NCBI GenBank assembly: GCA_002269645.1
Contig: NIVC01005006.1
Location: 1-28,697, forward strand
Length of the DNA stretch: 28,697 bases
From: Macrostomum lignano
Lineage: Eukaryota
Direction of reading: 5' to 3'
Shown: piece by piece, positions 11,428-21,568 of the stretch
Position numbering within the stretch: the stretch's first letter is position 1
How the letters are laid out: every line of letters begins with the position of its first letter
Translations under genes and position numbers: made by a program
The notes under the pieces: generated by a model
Database searches by the model: none
What the model saw: the letters and a program-made list of their open reading frames with translations, nothing else
What the model was told of the DNA's origin: nothing

Positions 11428-12780
11428 ACCCTAACCTTCACAATCCCTAATCTTCACAATTCCTAATCTTCACAATCCCTAATCTTCACAATTCCTAATC
11501 TTCACAATTCCTAATCTTCACAATCCCTAATCTTCACAATTCCTAACCTTCACAATCCCTAATCTTCACAATTCCTAATCTTCACAATTCCTAATCTTCA
11601 CAATCCCTAATCTTCACAATCCCTAATAGTCACAATCCCTAATCTTCACAATCCCTAATAGTCACAATCCCTAATCTTCACAATCCTCAATCTTCACAAT
11701 CCTCAATCTTCACAATCCCTAATCTTCACAATCCCTAATAGTCACAATCCCTAATCTTCACAATCCTCAATCTTCACAATCCTCAATCTTCACAATCCCT
11801 AATCTTCACAATCCCTAATCTTCACAATCCCTAATAGTCACAATCCCTAATCTTCACAATCCCTAATCTTCACAATCCCTAATAGTCACAATCCCTAATC
11901 TTCACAATCCCTAATAGTCACAATCCCTAATCTTCACAATCCCTAATAGTCACAATCCCTAATCTTCACAATCCTCAATCTTCACAATCCTCAATCTTCA
12001 CAATCCACAATCTTCACAATCCTCAATCTTCACAATCCTCAATCTTCACAATCCTCAATCTTCACAATCCTCAATCTTCACAATACTCAATCTTCACAAT
12101 CCTCAATCTTCAAAATACCTAATCTTCACAATCTCTAATCTTCACAATCCCTAATCTTCACAATCCTCAATCTTCAAAATACCTAATCTTCACAATCTCT
12201 AATCTTCACAATCTCTAATCTTCACAATCCCTAATCTTCACAATCCTCAATCTTCACAATCCACAATCTTCAGAATCCCTAATCTTCACAATCCTCAATC
12301 TTAACGATCCTCAATCTTCACAATACCTTATCTTCACAATTCCTAATCTTCACAATCGCGAATCTTCGCAATCCTCAAAATTCAAAATCCCTAACCTTCA
12401 CAAATTGATATTCACAATCCCAAATCTTCACAATCCTCAATCTTCAAAATCCTCAATCTTCACAATCCTCAATCTCCATAATCCTCAATCTTCACAATCC
12501 TCAAAACTCACAATCATCAATATTCATAATCCTCAATCTTCAGAATCCCTAATCTTCACAATCCTCAATCTTCACAATCCTCAATCTTCACAATCCCAAA
12601 TCTTGAAAATCCCTAATATTCACAATCCCTAATATTCACAATCCCTAATCTTCACAATCCCTAATATTCACAGTCCCTAATATGCACCAACCCTATACTT
12701 CGCCACTTCGCCAACCCTAATCTTCACAATCTCAAATGTTCACAATCCTTAAAAATCACAATCCCTGATCTTCACAAATT
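11428..12780. repeat. 16-bp minisatellite (taatcttcacaatccc), ~80 copies, in DZANK1 intron 6
   Basis: Units start at 11464, 11480 and 11496. The array degenerates towards its 3' end. Confidence 0.96.
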
Positions 12781-12806
12781 GATATTTTTCGAACTTTCTC
12801 CTGCAG

Positions 12807-12934
12807 TCTGCCGATCCCAACGCACGCAACAAAAACGGCGTCCCTGTGCTGACTGTGGCAGTCAGGAATTTACACATTGAAGCGGTGCGCGAACTGCTCG
12901 AACAGGGCGCCGACGCCAACATTCAGGGCAAGGA
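12807..12934 (+). CDS. DZANK1: DZANK1 exon 7 (ankyrin repeat)
   Basis: Acceptor ctttctcctgcAG at 12805-12806. Reads SADPNARNKNGVPVLTVAVRNLHIEAVRELLEQGADANIQGK. Phase-2 donor GA|GTGAGT at 12935. Absent from the ORF track because it is short. Confidence 0.93.
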
Positions 12935-13031
12935 GTGAGTGTTGACCACGTGGTGTTTAGGACCACTATTATTATTTAAAAATGACAATTTATTCGAAGG
13001 CCGGTTTGCTCACTTGTCCTTGAAATTTCAG

Positions 13032-13106
13032 GAAAGGAAACACGCCGCTACACGAAGCAATCTTGAAGGGCTACGATGGTCAAGAAATGGTTGATCTGTT
13101 GCTTAG
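13032..13106 (+). CDS. DZANK1: DZANK1 exon 8 (ankyrin repeat)
   Basis: Acceptor gaaatttcAG at 13030-13031. Reads (E)KGNTPLHEAILKGYDGQEMVDLLL. Phase-2 donor AG|GTAAGG at 13107. Confidence 0.93.
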
Positions 13107-13192
13107 GTAAGGCGCTAATGAGTAATTATTGATTATTGATTATTGGCTTTTTATCGCTATTCGTTTGAGGAGTACTGGGGTGTTGAATAGAA

Positions 13193-13338
13193 GTGGGTAG
13201 AGGAGTGAGGTGGGTAGAGGAGTGAGGTGGGTGGAGGAGTGGGGTGGGAGGAGGAGTGAGGTGGGCGGAGGAGTGAGGTAGATGGAGGAGTGAGGTGGGT
13301 GGGGAGTGAGGTGGGTGGGGAATGAGGTGGGTGGGTGG
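13193..13338. repeat. G-rich ~16-bp repeat (gaggagtgaggtgggt) in DZANK1 intron 8
   Basis: Direct reading. Confidence 0.85.
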
Positions 13339-13498
13339 TTCAAGCTTGACTTGAATACAAGAATATTTTCACAAAAGTGGTACATTTCGGGTGGCGTTTG
13401 GAATTGAAATTTTGTTATTTAATTTACGCTCGTAACTGACACAGACCCAGCGCCAGCGTTCCACCCGAGAAACCTTAAATTCCCTACAGGGGAACCAT

Positions 13499-14230
13499 GG
13501 ACAACTGGGGAGCCATAGACAACTGGGGAGCCATAGACAACTGGGGAGCCATAGACAACTGGGGAGCCATAGACAACTGGGGAGCCATAGACAACTGGGG
13601 AGCCATAGACAACTGGGGAGCCATAGACAACTGGGGAGCCATAGACAACTGGGGAGCCATAGACAACTGGGGAGCCATAGACAACTGGGGAACCACAGAC
13701 AACTGGGGAGCCATAGACAACTGGGGAACCACAGACAACTGGGGAGCCATAGACAACTGGGGAGCCATAGACAACTGGGGAGCCATAGACAACTGGGGAG
13801 ACATAGACAACTGGGGAGCCATAGACAACTGGGGAGCCATAGACAACTGGGGAACCACAGACAACTGGGGAGCCATAGACAACTGGGGAGCCATAGACAA
13901 CTGGGGAGCCATAGACAACTGGGGAGCCATAGACAACTGGGGAGCCATAGACAACTGGGGAGACATAGACAACTGGGGAGCCATAGACAACTGGGGAGCC
14001 ATAGACAACTGGGGAGCCATAGACAACTGGCGAGCCATAGACAACTGGGGAGCCATAGACAACTGGGGAGCCATAGACAACTGGGGAGCCATAGACAACT
14101 GGGGAGCCATAGACAACTGGGGAACCACAGACAACTGGGGAGCCATAGACAACTGGGGAGCCATAGACAACTGGGGAGCCATAGACAACTGGGGAACCAC
14201 AGACAACTGGCGAGCCATAAACAACTGGGG
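13499..14230. repeat. 18-bp minisatellite (gacaactggggagccata), ~41 copies, in DZANK1 intron 8
   Basis: The 18-bp period gives the DNWGAI, PSCLWL and APQLSM ORFs. Confidence 0.97.
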
Positions 14231-14407
14231 AAGGACTGACTAATTAGAAATTTCTTAACAATGCTCCGAGGACCCGCTATGCGTCTAGTTTGAGGTGATT
14301 TCACTATTTCATCGCCTTCGATTTGAAAATCTAAGCAAAATTGCAGCTTATCTTTTCTATTGAATGTTATGTTTTGCAAAGGATCATGAAAAATTTTTTT
14401 TTTACAG

Positions 14408-14582
14408 AAAGGGCGCCGACATCAATAAGTTGAATGAGAACGGCGAGACGCCTCAAGACATGGCTAAGAGAGTCAACCAGCACAGCGCCATTGTCTCTAT
14501 GACCTCCACTATCGGGCAGGCCAGTCTGGGCAAGATGCTCAAACCGAGGGGCCAAGCCAACGCTAACGATGACGATCTGTAG
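14408..14582 (+). CDS. DZANK1: DZANK1 exon 9 (last ankyrin repeat and stop)
   Basis: Acceptor ttttttacAG at 14406-14407. Reads (R)KGADINKLNENGETPQDMAKRVNQHSAIVSMTSTIGQASLGKMLKPRGQANANDDDL*. The nine exons sum to 2424 nt (807 aa plus stop) with no frameshift. Confidence 0.92.
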
Positions 14583-14682
14583 GGGATTTAGGACTCTGGA
14601 GAGATTCCGAGGCCGCCTCGAATCTTTGTCCGCCACTCCATGATTTATAGGTTGACTAGTGATCACTTTTCCTCTGACTAAC

Positions 14683-15070
14683 CACCCTCTCATTCACCCA
14701 CCTTCTCATTCACCCACCCTCTCATTCACCCACCCTCTCAATCACCCACCCTCTCATTCACCCACCCCCTCATTCACCCACCCCCTACCCTCTCATTCAC
14801 CGACCCTCTCATTCACCCACTCCCTCATTCACCCACCCTCTCATTCACCCACCCTCTCATTCACCCACACTCTAATTCACCCACCCTCTAATTCACGCAC
14901 CCTCTCAATCACCCACCCCTCTTTCACCCACCCCTACCCTCTCATTCACCGACCCTCTCTTTCACCCACACCCTCATTCACCCACCCCCTCATTCACCCA
15001 CCCCCTCATTCATCCACCCCCTCATTCACCCACACCCTCATTCACCCACCCCCTCATTCACCAACCCCCC
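14683..15070. repeat. 16-bp C-rich minisatellite (ctcattcacccaccct) just 3' of the DZANK1 stop
   Basis: Direct reading. This explains ORF 14659-15081. Confidence 0.92.
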
Positions 15071-16107
15071 ATTCTTATTAGTACATCTTTCTTTAGTGCA
15101 TGAAAGTTTTTTCAAGATTAAAGAATGTTAAAATGATTTCGTATGGCAAAGATGCAGAAACACGGCACCAGGTTGACCCGGGCTGCTATTAGCATCTGTT
15201 TATTTGTCTATTTTAAGAGTTCAATTCACCCTACTGAAGGATTTCTAGTGCACGTAAACTAATTATCCCATATTTATTTTTTGTTTCTTTTTGTCTAACA
15301 CAGCCAGTTACTTCTGCCAGAAATCAATTTTCTCGTGTCGGCCATCGCTTGCGAACATGACTAGAGCATCATCTCCTATATTCTTCCTAATCCCTTGCTC
15401 TCATATTGGTTTCCGTCCAGCAACGATCATTATTTGTTCCGCCAATTGTTAGGCTGTGTTGCTTTCTGAAGGCTTTGTCAAAAGCCCCGATTTCACTTAC
15501 AAAGTACAAAGTGAACTTTTTAAAACGTATTTTTTGCTACTTTCGATGGCTTGTTAGTTGATTTTGAATGCTTGGTCTCTCTGTTCCTAAAATGTTTTCT
15601 TGTGATTACAAGCGTGTGTGCTTAGTTATGTTTTAAAAGGACTGTCAAATTTGGTAAACAAAATCAAATAAGCCATTTAGTTCGTTTTTTCCTAGCTAGT
15701 AATTTTATCCCAACTCATAAATTGAAACAATGTTTGTTGATATTTGAACTAAACCAGGTAATTTTTTGTTTTATTTTGTGTATAACTAATATTTGCTGTA
15801 ATTAATGTACGTCGATGTCTTATGCTTGCTCTGCAATTATATATTACTTTTTATATCAAATACATATAAAAGCTGTACGATTCTTCAGTGTTAGCACGTT
15901 TTGGAGACTCCCACTTATCCACTCATCTTTCTGTCAGTCTATCCAACAGCTATGAATCCGGTATTCAGCGACTTAATTAATTACAGTTTTCCAAGAAATT
16001 ATTCGTAAGAGATTCATCGGGCACCTGGGACTTTTGCTGAGCCATTTTAGTCAAATAATTAGTTTCATCAGCCAATGCAAAAGCGACTATTTCGCCAGCT
16101 GATCATA

Positions 16108-16622
16108 AAGCAGCCCTCACCCAACCCCGATCCTCTCGATAGCCGATTATAAAACAGCTGCACCCCAGCCCGATTCTCTCCCTACCCGATCGTAAAACAG
16201 CCCCCACCCAAGCCCGATTCTCTCCCTACCCGATCATAAAACAGCTCCACCCCAGCCCCATTCTCTCCCTACCCGATCGTAAAACAGCCCCCACCCCAGC
16301 CCCATTCTCTCCCTACCCGATCGTAAAACAGCCCCCACCCAAGCCCGATTCTCTCCCTACCCGATCATAAAACAGCTCCACCCCAGCCCCATTCTCTCCC
16401 TACCCGATCGTAAAACAGCCCCCACCCCAGCCCCATTCTCTCCCTACCCGATCGTAAAACAGCCCCCACCCCAGCCCCATTCTCTCCCTACCCGATCGTA
16501 AAACAGCTCCACCCCAGCCCCATTCTCTCCCTACCCGATCGTAAAACAGCCCCCACCCCAGCCCGATTCTCTCCCTACCCGATCGTAAAACAGCGCCTAC
16601 CCCAGCCCCATTCTCTCCCTAG
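16108..16622. repeat. 44-bp minisatellite (cccgatcgtaaaacagcccccaccccagccccattctctcccta), ~11 copies
   Basis: Units start at 16272 and 16316. Confidence 0.94.
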
Positions 16623-17249
16623 CCCATAGTAACACAGATTCTTTGGAATTTAACGAAATGGAAATAAACCTATTATAAAGAGTGCAAACGCAGGGAGTAG
16701 GTCTGTAAGCAGCGTTTTGGCTACTGTAATTACTAGCTATTTTGGCTAGGTAAAGGGCGTGGCTGGCTCCCGCATCCGGTAATTAAAGCTCAGATCGACT
16801 CCACGCCCCTGTCTCGGCTTCCTCTTTCTTGAACCGGTCTGATTTCAGCGGCGCAGTTCAGCTAACTATAATGCGCAGAATCTGTGTACGCGCGCATCCG
16901 CATACAGATACGGCTGACACATGCGCGCGAGTCGTGTTCATTATTTTGAGTTCACCAAATACTAGTCAAGAGCTAGCTCTCTCTATCTCTCTCTCTCTCT
17001 CAGGCTTCAAGCTTCGCTCCAATATCTGTCTGTCTGTCTGTCTCTCTTATTTCATTCCTCAGCGCTGCTTGAGACGAGTGCTTTCAGACTATAGCTTAAT
17101 AATTGAAATATAGATTGAAATTGCTTACACACTCTGGGGGAGAGGATTGATCTGATGTTTCGCATTGCCTAGCTGCGCGATACAGGTTGCTAAATCCCAC
17201 TGCTTATAGCAGCTGAGAATGCACACTTGTATAACTTCTTAATGGGGGC

Positions 17250-17318
17250 AGAGTACATGTAGCTCAGTGGTTAACGCGTCTGACTCTCGCGCTGATGTAC
17301 GCGGGTTCGATTCCGTGC

Positions 17319-17320
<2 letters not shown>
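17250..17320 (+). mobile_element. tRNA-derived Pol III element (SINE head or tRNA pseudogene)
   Basis: A box TAGCTCAGTGG at 17260-17270 and B box GGTTCGATTCC at 17304-17314, with tRNA-like spacing. No pairable anticodon or acceptor stem is evident, and the element runs directly into (TCTG)n. Confidence 0.62.
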
Positions 17321-17570
<250 letters not shown>

Positions 17571-18354
17571 CGTCTTGCAGGTGCAAGATGTCTGTAAAGA
17601 ATTTTCTATTCATAAATGATAGCAGACATCCAAATCCTGAAGTCTTTTTGGTGGGACTGAATGCGGGAAACAGTTTCCCGGAGATCCGAACAAAAGACAA
17701 CGGAGCAGCTTTTCAGAGGTGCCAAACGGCATTGGAACATGTTTCCTGTAAAACAAACCGGCTTCAATTGACTGCTCAGAAAATTTCAATGCACCGAGAC
17801 GACCGGAGTTGGTAGGACAACCGGGACTTTCCATCGAGAAAAGAAACTTAATTTGCATTTTTTGCCGCCCGAGCCGGAATTTAGGGGGGGGGTGGGGCAG
17901 GGGATGAAGCTGAGAGGCTGACCAGCGAGTCATCGAGTTCTCAGGCAGAGCCGAGGGAAATGAGTTTATCTCTTAGGACTTATTATTAGCTTTGGCCCCG
18001 TTCCCCTATTTTTATACCAGTGGCTCTGGAATATTGCAGTCGGATTGGGATTCAGACAGTGCAGCTGGACTGCAAGAGAAATCCCTTGTATCGATAGAAG
18101 TTCTACGACCCCTGTCGAGACTTAGCGGTCACGTGACCCGCGGCTTATCACGTGGCCGCATTAATTTGTGGATTGTGCGCGACAATTGGCTCGGAGGTTT
18201 TTTGTGCGATTCACAACCCATGAGGGTCAACCCGTCAAAAAGGTTGTGGGACCATGTCGCCGTGGACGAAGTGTAGTAAAAGTCTAAGACGCTATGTAAG
18301 AGCAGATAGTTGAGAACATTAAACCATTAACAGAGTGGAGAACATCAGTTATCA

Positions 18355-19352
18355 CAGGGGTCGGCAACCTCCGGCCCGCGGGCCACGTGCTGCCCGCGAA
18401 GTCTGTCTATCTGGCCGTCGGGTCCTTTGAAACTTCACAATAGCAATGCGGCCCGCTCAAGGCTTGTGTCTCTTCTCATCTCTCTCTATCTCCTCTTCTC
18501 TCCTCTCCTCTCCTCTCCTCTCCTCTCCTCTCCTCTCTCTCCTCTCCTCTCCTCTCCTCTCTCTCTCCTCTCCTCTCTCTCTCCTCTCCTCTCTCTCTCT
18601 CCTCTCCTCTCCTCTCCTCTCTCTCCTCTCCTCTCTCTCTCTCTCCTCTCTCTCTCCTCTCTCTCTCTCTCTCCTCTCCTCTCCTCTCCTCTCTCTCCTC
18701 TCTCTCTCTTTCTCTCCTCTCATCTCCTCTCCTCTCCTCTCCTCTCTCTCTCTCTCCTCTCCTCTCCTCTCCTCTCCTCTCCTCTCCTCTCCTCTCCTCT
18801 CCTCTCCTCTCCTCTCCTCTCCTCTCCTCTCCTCTCCTCTCCTCCTCTCCTCTCCCTCTCCTCTCCTCTCTCTCTCCTCTCCTCTCTCTCTCCTCTCCTC
18901 TCTCTCTCCTCTCTCTCTCCTCTCTCTCTCCCTCTCCTCTCTCTCCTCCTCTCTCTCTCTCTCTCTCCTCTCATCTCCTCTCTCTCTCCTCTCTCTCTCC
19001 TCTCCTCTCTCTCCTCTCTCCTCTCCTCTCCTCTCCTCTCCTCTCCTCTCCTCTCCTCTCCTCTCCTCTCCTCTCCTCTCCTCTCCTCTCCTCTCCTCTC
19101 CTCTCCTCTCCTCTCCTCTCCTCTCTCTCCTCTCCTCTCCTCTCCTCTCCTCTCCTCTCCTCTCTCTCCTCTCCTCTCCTCTCCTCTCCTCTCCTCTCCT
19201 CTACTCTCCTCTCCATTATTCTTTCGCATATCATTTCTCCTATTTCTCTTGTCTCTTATCTATTTCCTCTGACCCTCTCCTCTCTGCCCTCCGCAGTCAT
19301 GCCACTAGATTCTCTATCTGGCCCTTGATGTAAAAGAGTTTGCCGACACGTG
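18355..19352. mobile_element. ~1-kb non-autonomous hAT (Buster/Charlie-like) element inflated by an internal CT microsatellite
   Basis: Left end CAGGGGTCGGCAACCTC at 18355, with GCCCGC subterminal repeats. Right end GAGTTTGCCGACACGTG ends at 19352 (14/17 TIR identity). Flanks AGTTATCA (18347-18354) and AATTATCG (19353-19360) match at 6/8 and both fit the nnnTAnnn target consensus known for Buster-family hATs. Confidence 0.78.
18478..19213. repeat. (CTCCT)/(CT)n microsatellite inside the hAT element
   Basis: Direct reading. This explains the SSPLL and EERRG ORFs. Confidence 0.97.
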
Positions 19353-19934
19353 AATTATCGTGTCCAACTAAGCTCAGCTCCAGAGCACCCTGCTGTGCCG
19401 GAACTTTTAAAACCATGAAATGCCTTTAGGATCCAAGCGAAGTAGTATCTAGAGAACAGACAGGTGTGTACTCCTATCTTCAGCTTTATTTATTAACCTG
19501 AAACTGAACTGAGCTGGCCTCAGCTAGTTCGCGAAGTAATCTTGGCATTGTTGATCGATAAACAAAACGAGGAAAACGAGGAAAACACAACGGCCAGCTC
19601 GAGAGACTGACAGGATGCAGCGGGAGAGAAGGGGTGTTAAATGGCCTGTAGCCTCTTCCACCACTCGTATAATCTGCAAGTATGATAAATCATAAATGAA
19701 TTCGCAGACAGGAGACAACGGAAACTTGGATGGAGATTATGGGGGTGGGCAGGAAGAGACCAGAGAGACAGAGACTGGTGAATGGATGGGAATATTAGTT
19801 AGTTAATTAGGAGACTTATAGAGATATTAGGGTTTGAAGGAATTATGAAGAGATGCGACAGGAACAGTATAAGGGTAGGGTAGGTTGAGAGAGGTAATGA
19901 CGGACTGACGAAATAATGGAGAGGTTGTGAGGGA

Positions 19935-21030
19935 GAGGGTAGTGACGTAGTGAGATAGTGAGGGAGAGGAGTGAGAAAGGTAGTGAGACAGGTAGTGAGA
20001 GAGGTAGTGAGTGAGGTTGTGATGTAGGTTGTGATAGAGATAGTAAGGGGGAGGGTTAGTGAGGGAGAGGGGTAGTGAGGGGGAGGGTTAGTGAGGAAGA
20101 GGGTAGTGAGGGAGAGGGTTAGTGAGGGAGAGGGGTAGTGAGGGGGAGGGGTAGTGAGGGAGAGGGTAGTGAGGGGAGGGGTAGTGAGGGAGAGGGTTAG
20201 TGAGGAAGAGGGGTAGTGAGGGGGAGGGGTAGTGAGGGAGAGGGGTAGTGAGGGAGAGGGTTAGTGAGGGAGAGGGGTAGTGAGGGGGAGGGTTAGTGAG
20301 GAAGAGGGGTAGTGAGGGAGAGGGTTAGTGAGGGAGAGGGGTAGTGAGGGGGAGGGTAGTGAGGGAGAGGGTAGTGAGGGGGAGGGTAGTGAGGGAGAGG
20401 GTTAGTGAGGAAGAGGGGTAGTGAGGGGGAGGGGTAGTGAGGGAGAGGGTTAGTGAGGGAGAGGGGTAGTGAGGGGGAGGGGTAGTGAGGGAGAGGGGTA
20501 GTGAGGGAGAGGGGTAGTGAGGGAGAGGGTTAGTGAGGGAGAGGGGTAGTGAGGGAGAGGGTAGTGAGGGGGAGGGGTAGTGAGGGAGAGGGTTAGTGAG
20601 GAAGAGGGGTAGTGAGGGAGAGGGTTAGTGAGGGAGAGGGGTAGTGAGGGGGAGGGGTAGTGAGGGAGAGGGGTAGTGAGGGAGAGGGGTAGTGAGGGAG
20701 AGGGGTAGTGAGGGAGAGGGGTAGTGAGGGAGAGGGGTAGTGAGAGAGAGGGGTAGTGAGAGGGGGTAGTGAGGGAGAGGGGTAATGAGGGAGAGGGTAG
20801 TGAGGGGGAGGGGTAGTGAGGGGGAGGGGTATTGAAGGAGAGGGTAGTGAGGGAAAGAGGTAGTGAGGGAGAGGGGTAGTGAGGGAGAGGGTAGTGAGGG
20901 GGGGGTAGTGAGGGAGAGGGGTAGTGAGGAAGAGGGGTAGTGAGGGAGAGGGGTAGTGAGGAAGAGGGTAGTGAGGAAGAGGGGTAGTGAGAGAGAGGGG
21001 TAGTGAGGGAGAGGGGTAGCGATTGAGAGG
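19935..21030. repeat. G-rich 15-17-bp minisatellite (gagggagaggggtagt)
   Basis: Direct reading. This explains the PSLPLSLTTPLPHY ORFs. Confidence 0.95.
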
Positions 21031-21568
21031 TGGTGAGGGAATGGTGAAGAGAGGTAGCAGTGAGGCCAGGAACGGAGAGCACTGATGGAGAAAGGTATTG
21101 CAGAGACTGTGGATGCAGTACATGCCTGAAAGAGTGTGCCTGGCTGAAGCGCGCAGCGGAGGAGGCCTAGCAGCTGATTGCCAAAGCAAAGCAACAAATT
21201 GCGGTCTCCAATACAGTTTTTCACAAGGAAAATCATCGCACAAAAACTGATATTATAAAATAGTTAACAAATTAAGATTACAGACAGTAACAGTTAGGGG
21301 GTGAAAATTGAAATTATTGTTCAATTTTAGGATCGGGCACAGCGGGGGGGGGGCTTCGGTGGCACACAGTTGGACATAAAGTGAAATAATCAAAAACACG
21401 CAGAGCTATTTGAGTCAATTATAGAAGAACTAATTGTGCGCTAATGAATAGAGCAGTGGAATGAACGGCTCAATAAAGAATTCAGCGATTACATAGACCT
21501 ATAATTTGAGGCCAATTATTTAACTGCGCTCCAACGAGCTGTGAATAATGAACGCACCTTAGTCTTGT

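Noticed and set aside
13369-14379. Long minus-strand ORFs (336 aa PSCLWL and 246 aa APQLSM repeats)
   Set aside because: These are translations of the 18-bp minisatellite, antisense within a DZANK1 intron. The unit simply lacks stops in these frames.
17992-18276. 94-aa ORF starting at TTG
   Set aside because: The start is non-ATG in a eukaryote, there is no splice context, and the peptide has no recognisable similarity.
18427-21243. SSPLL, EERRG and PSLPLSLTTPLPHY ORFs, and their copies at 27003-27675
   Set aside because: They are products of CT and G-rich simple repeats, with no independent coding evidence.
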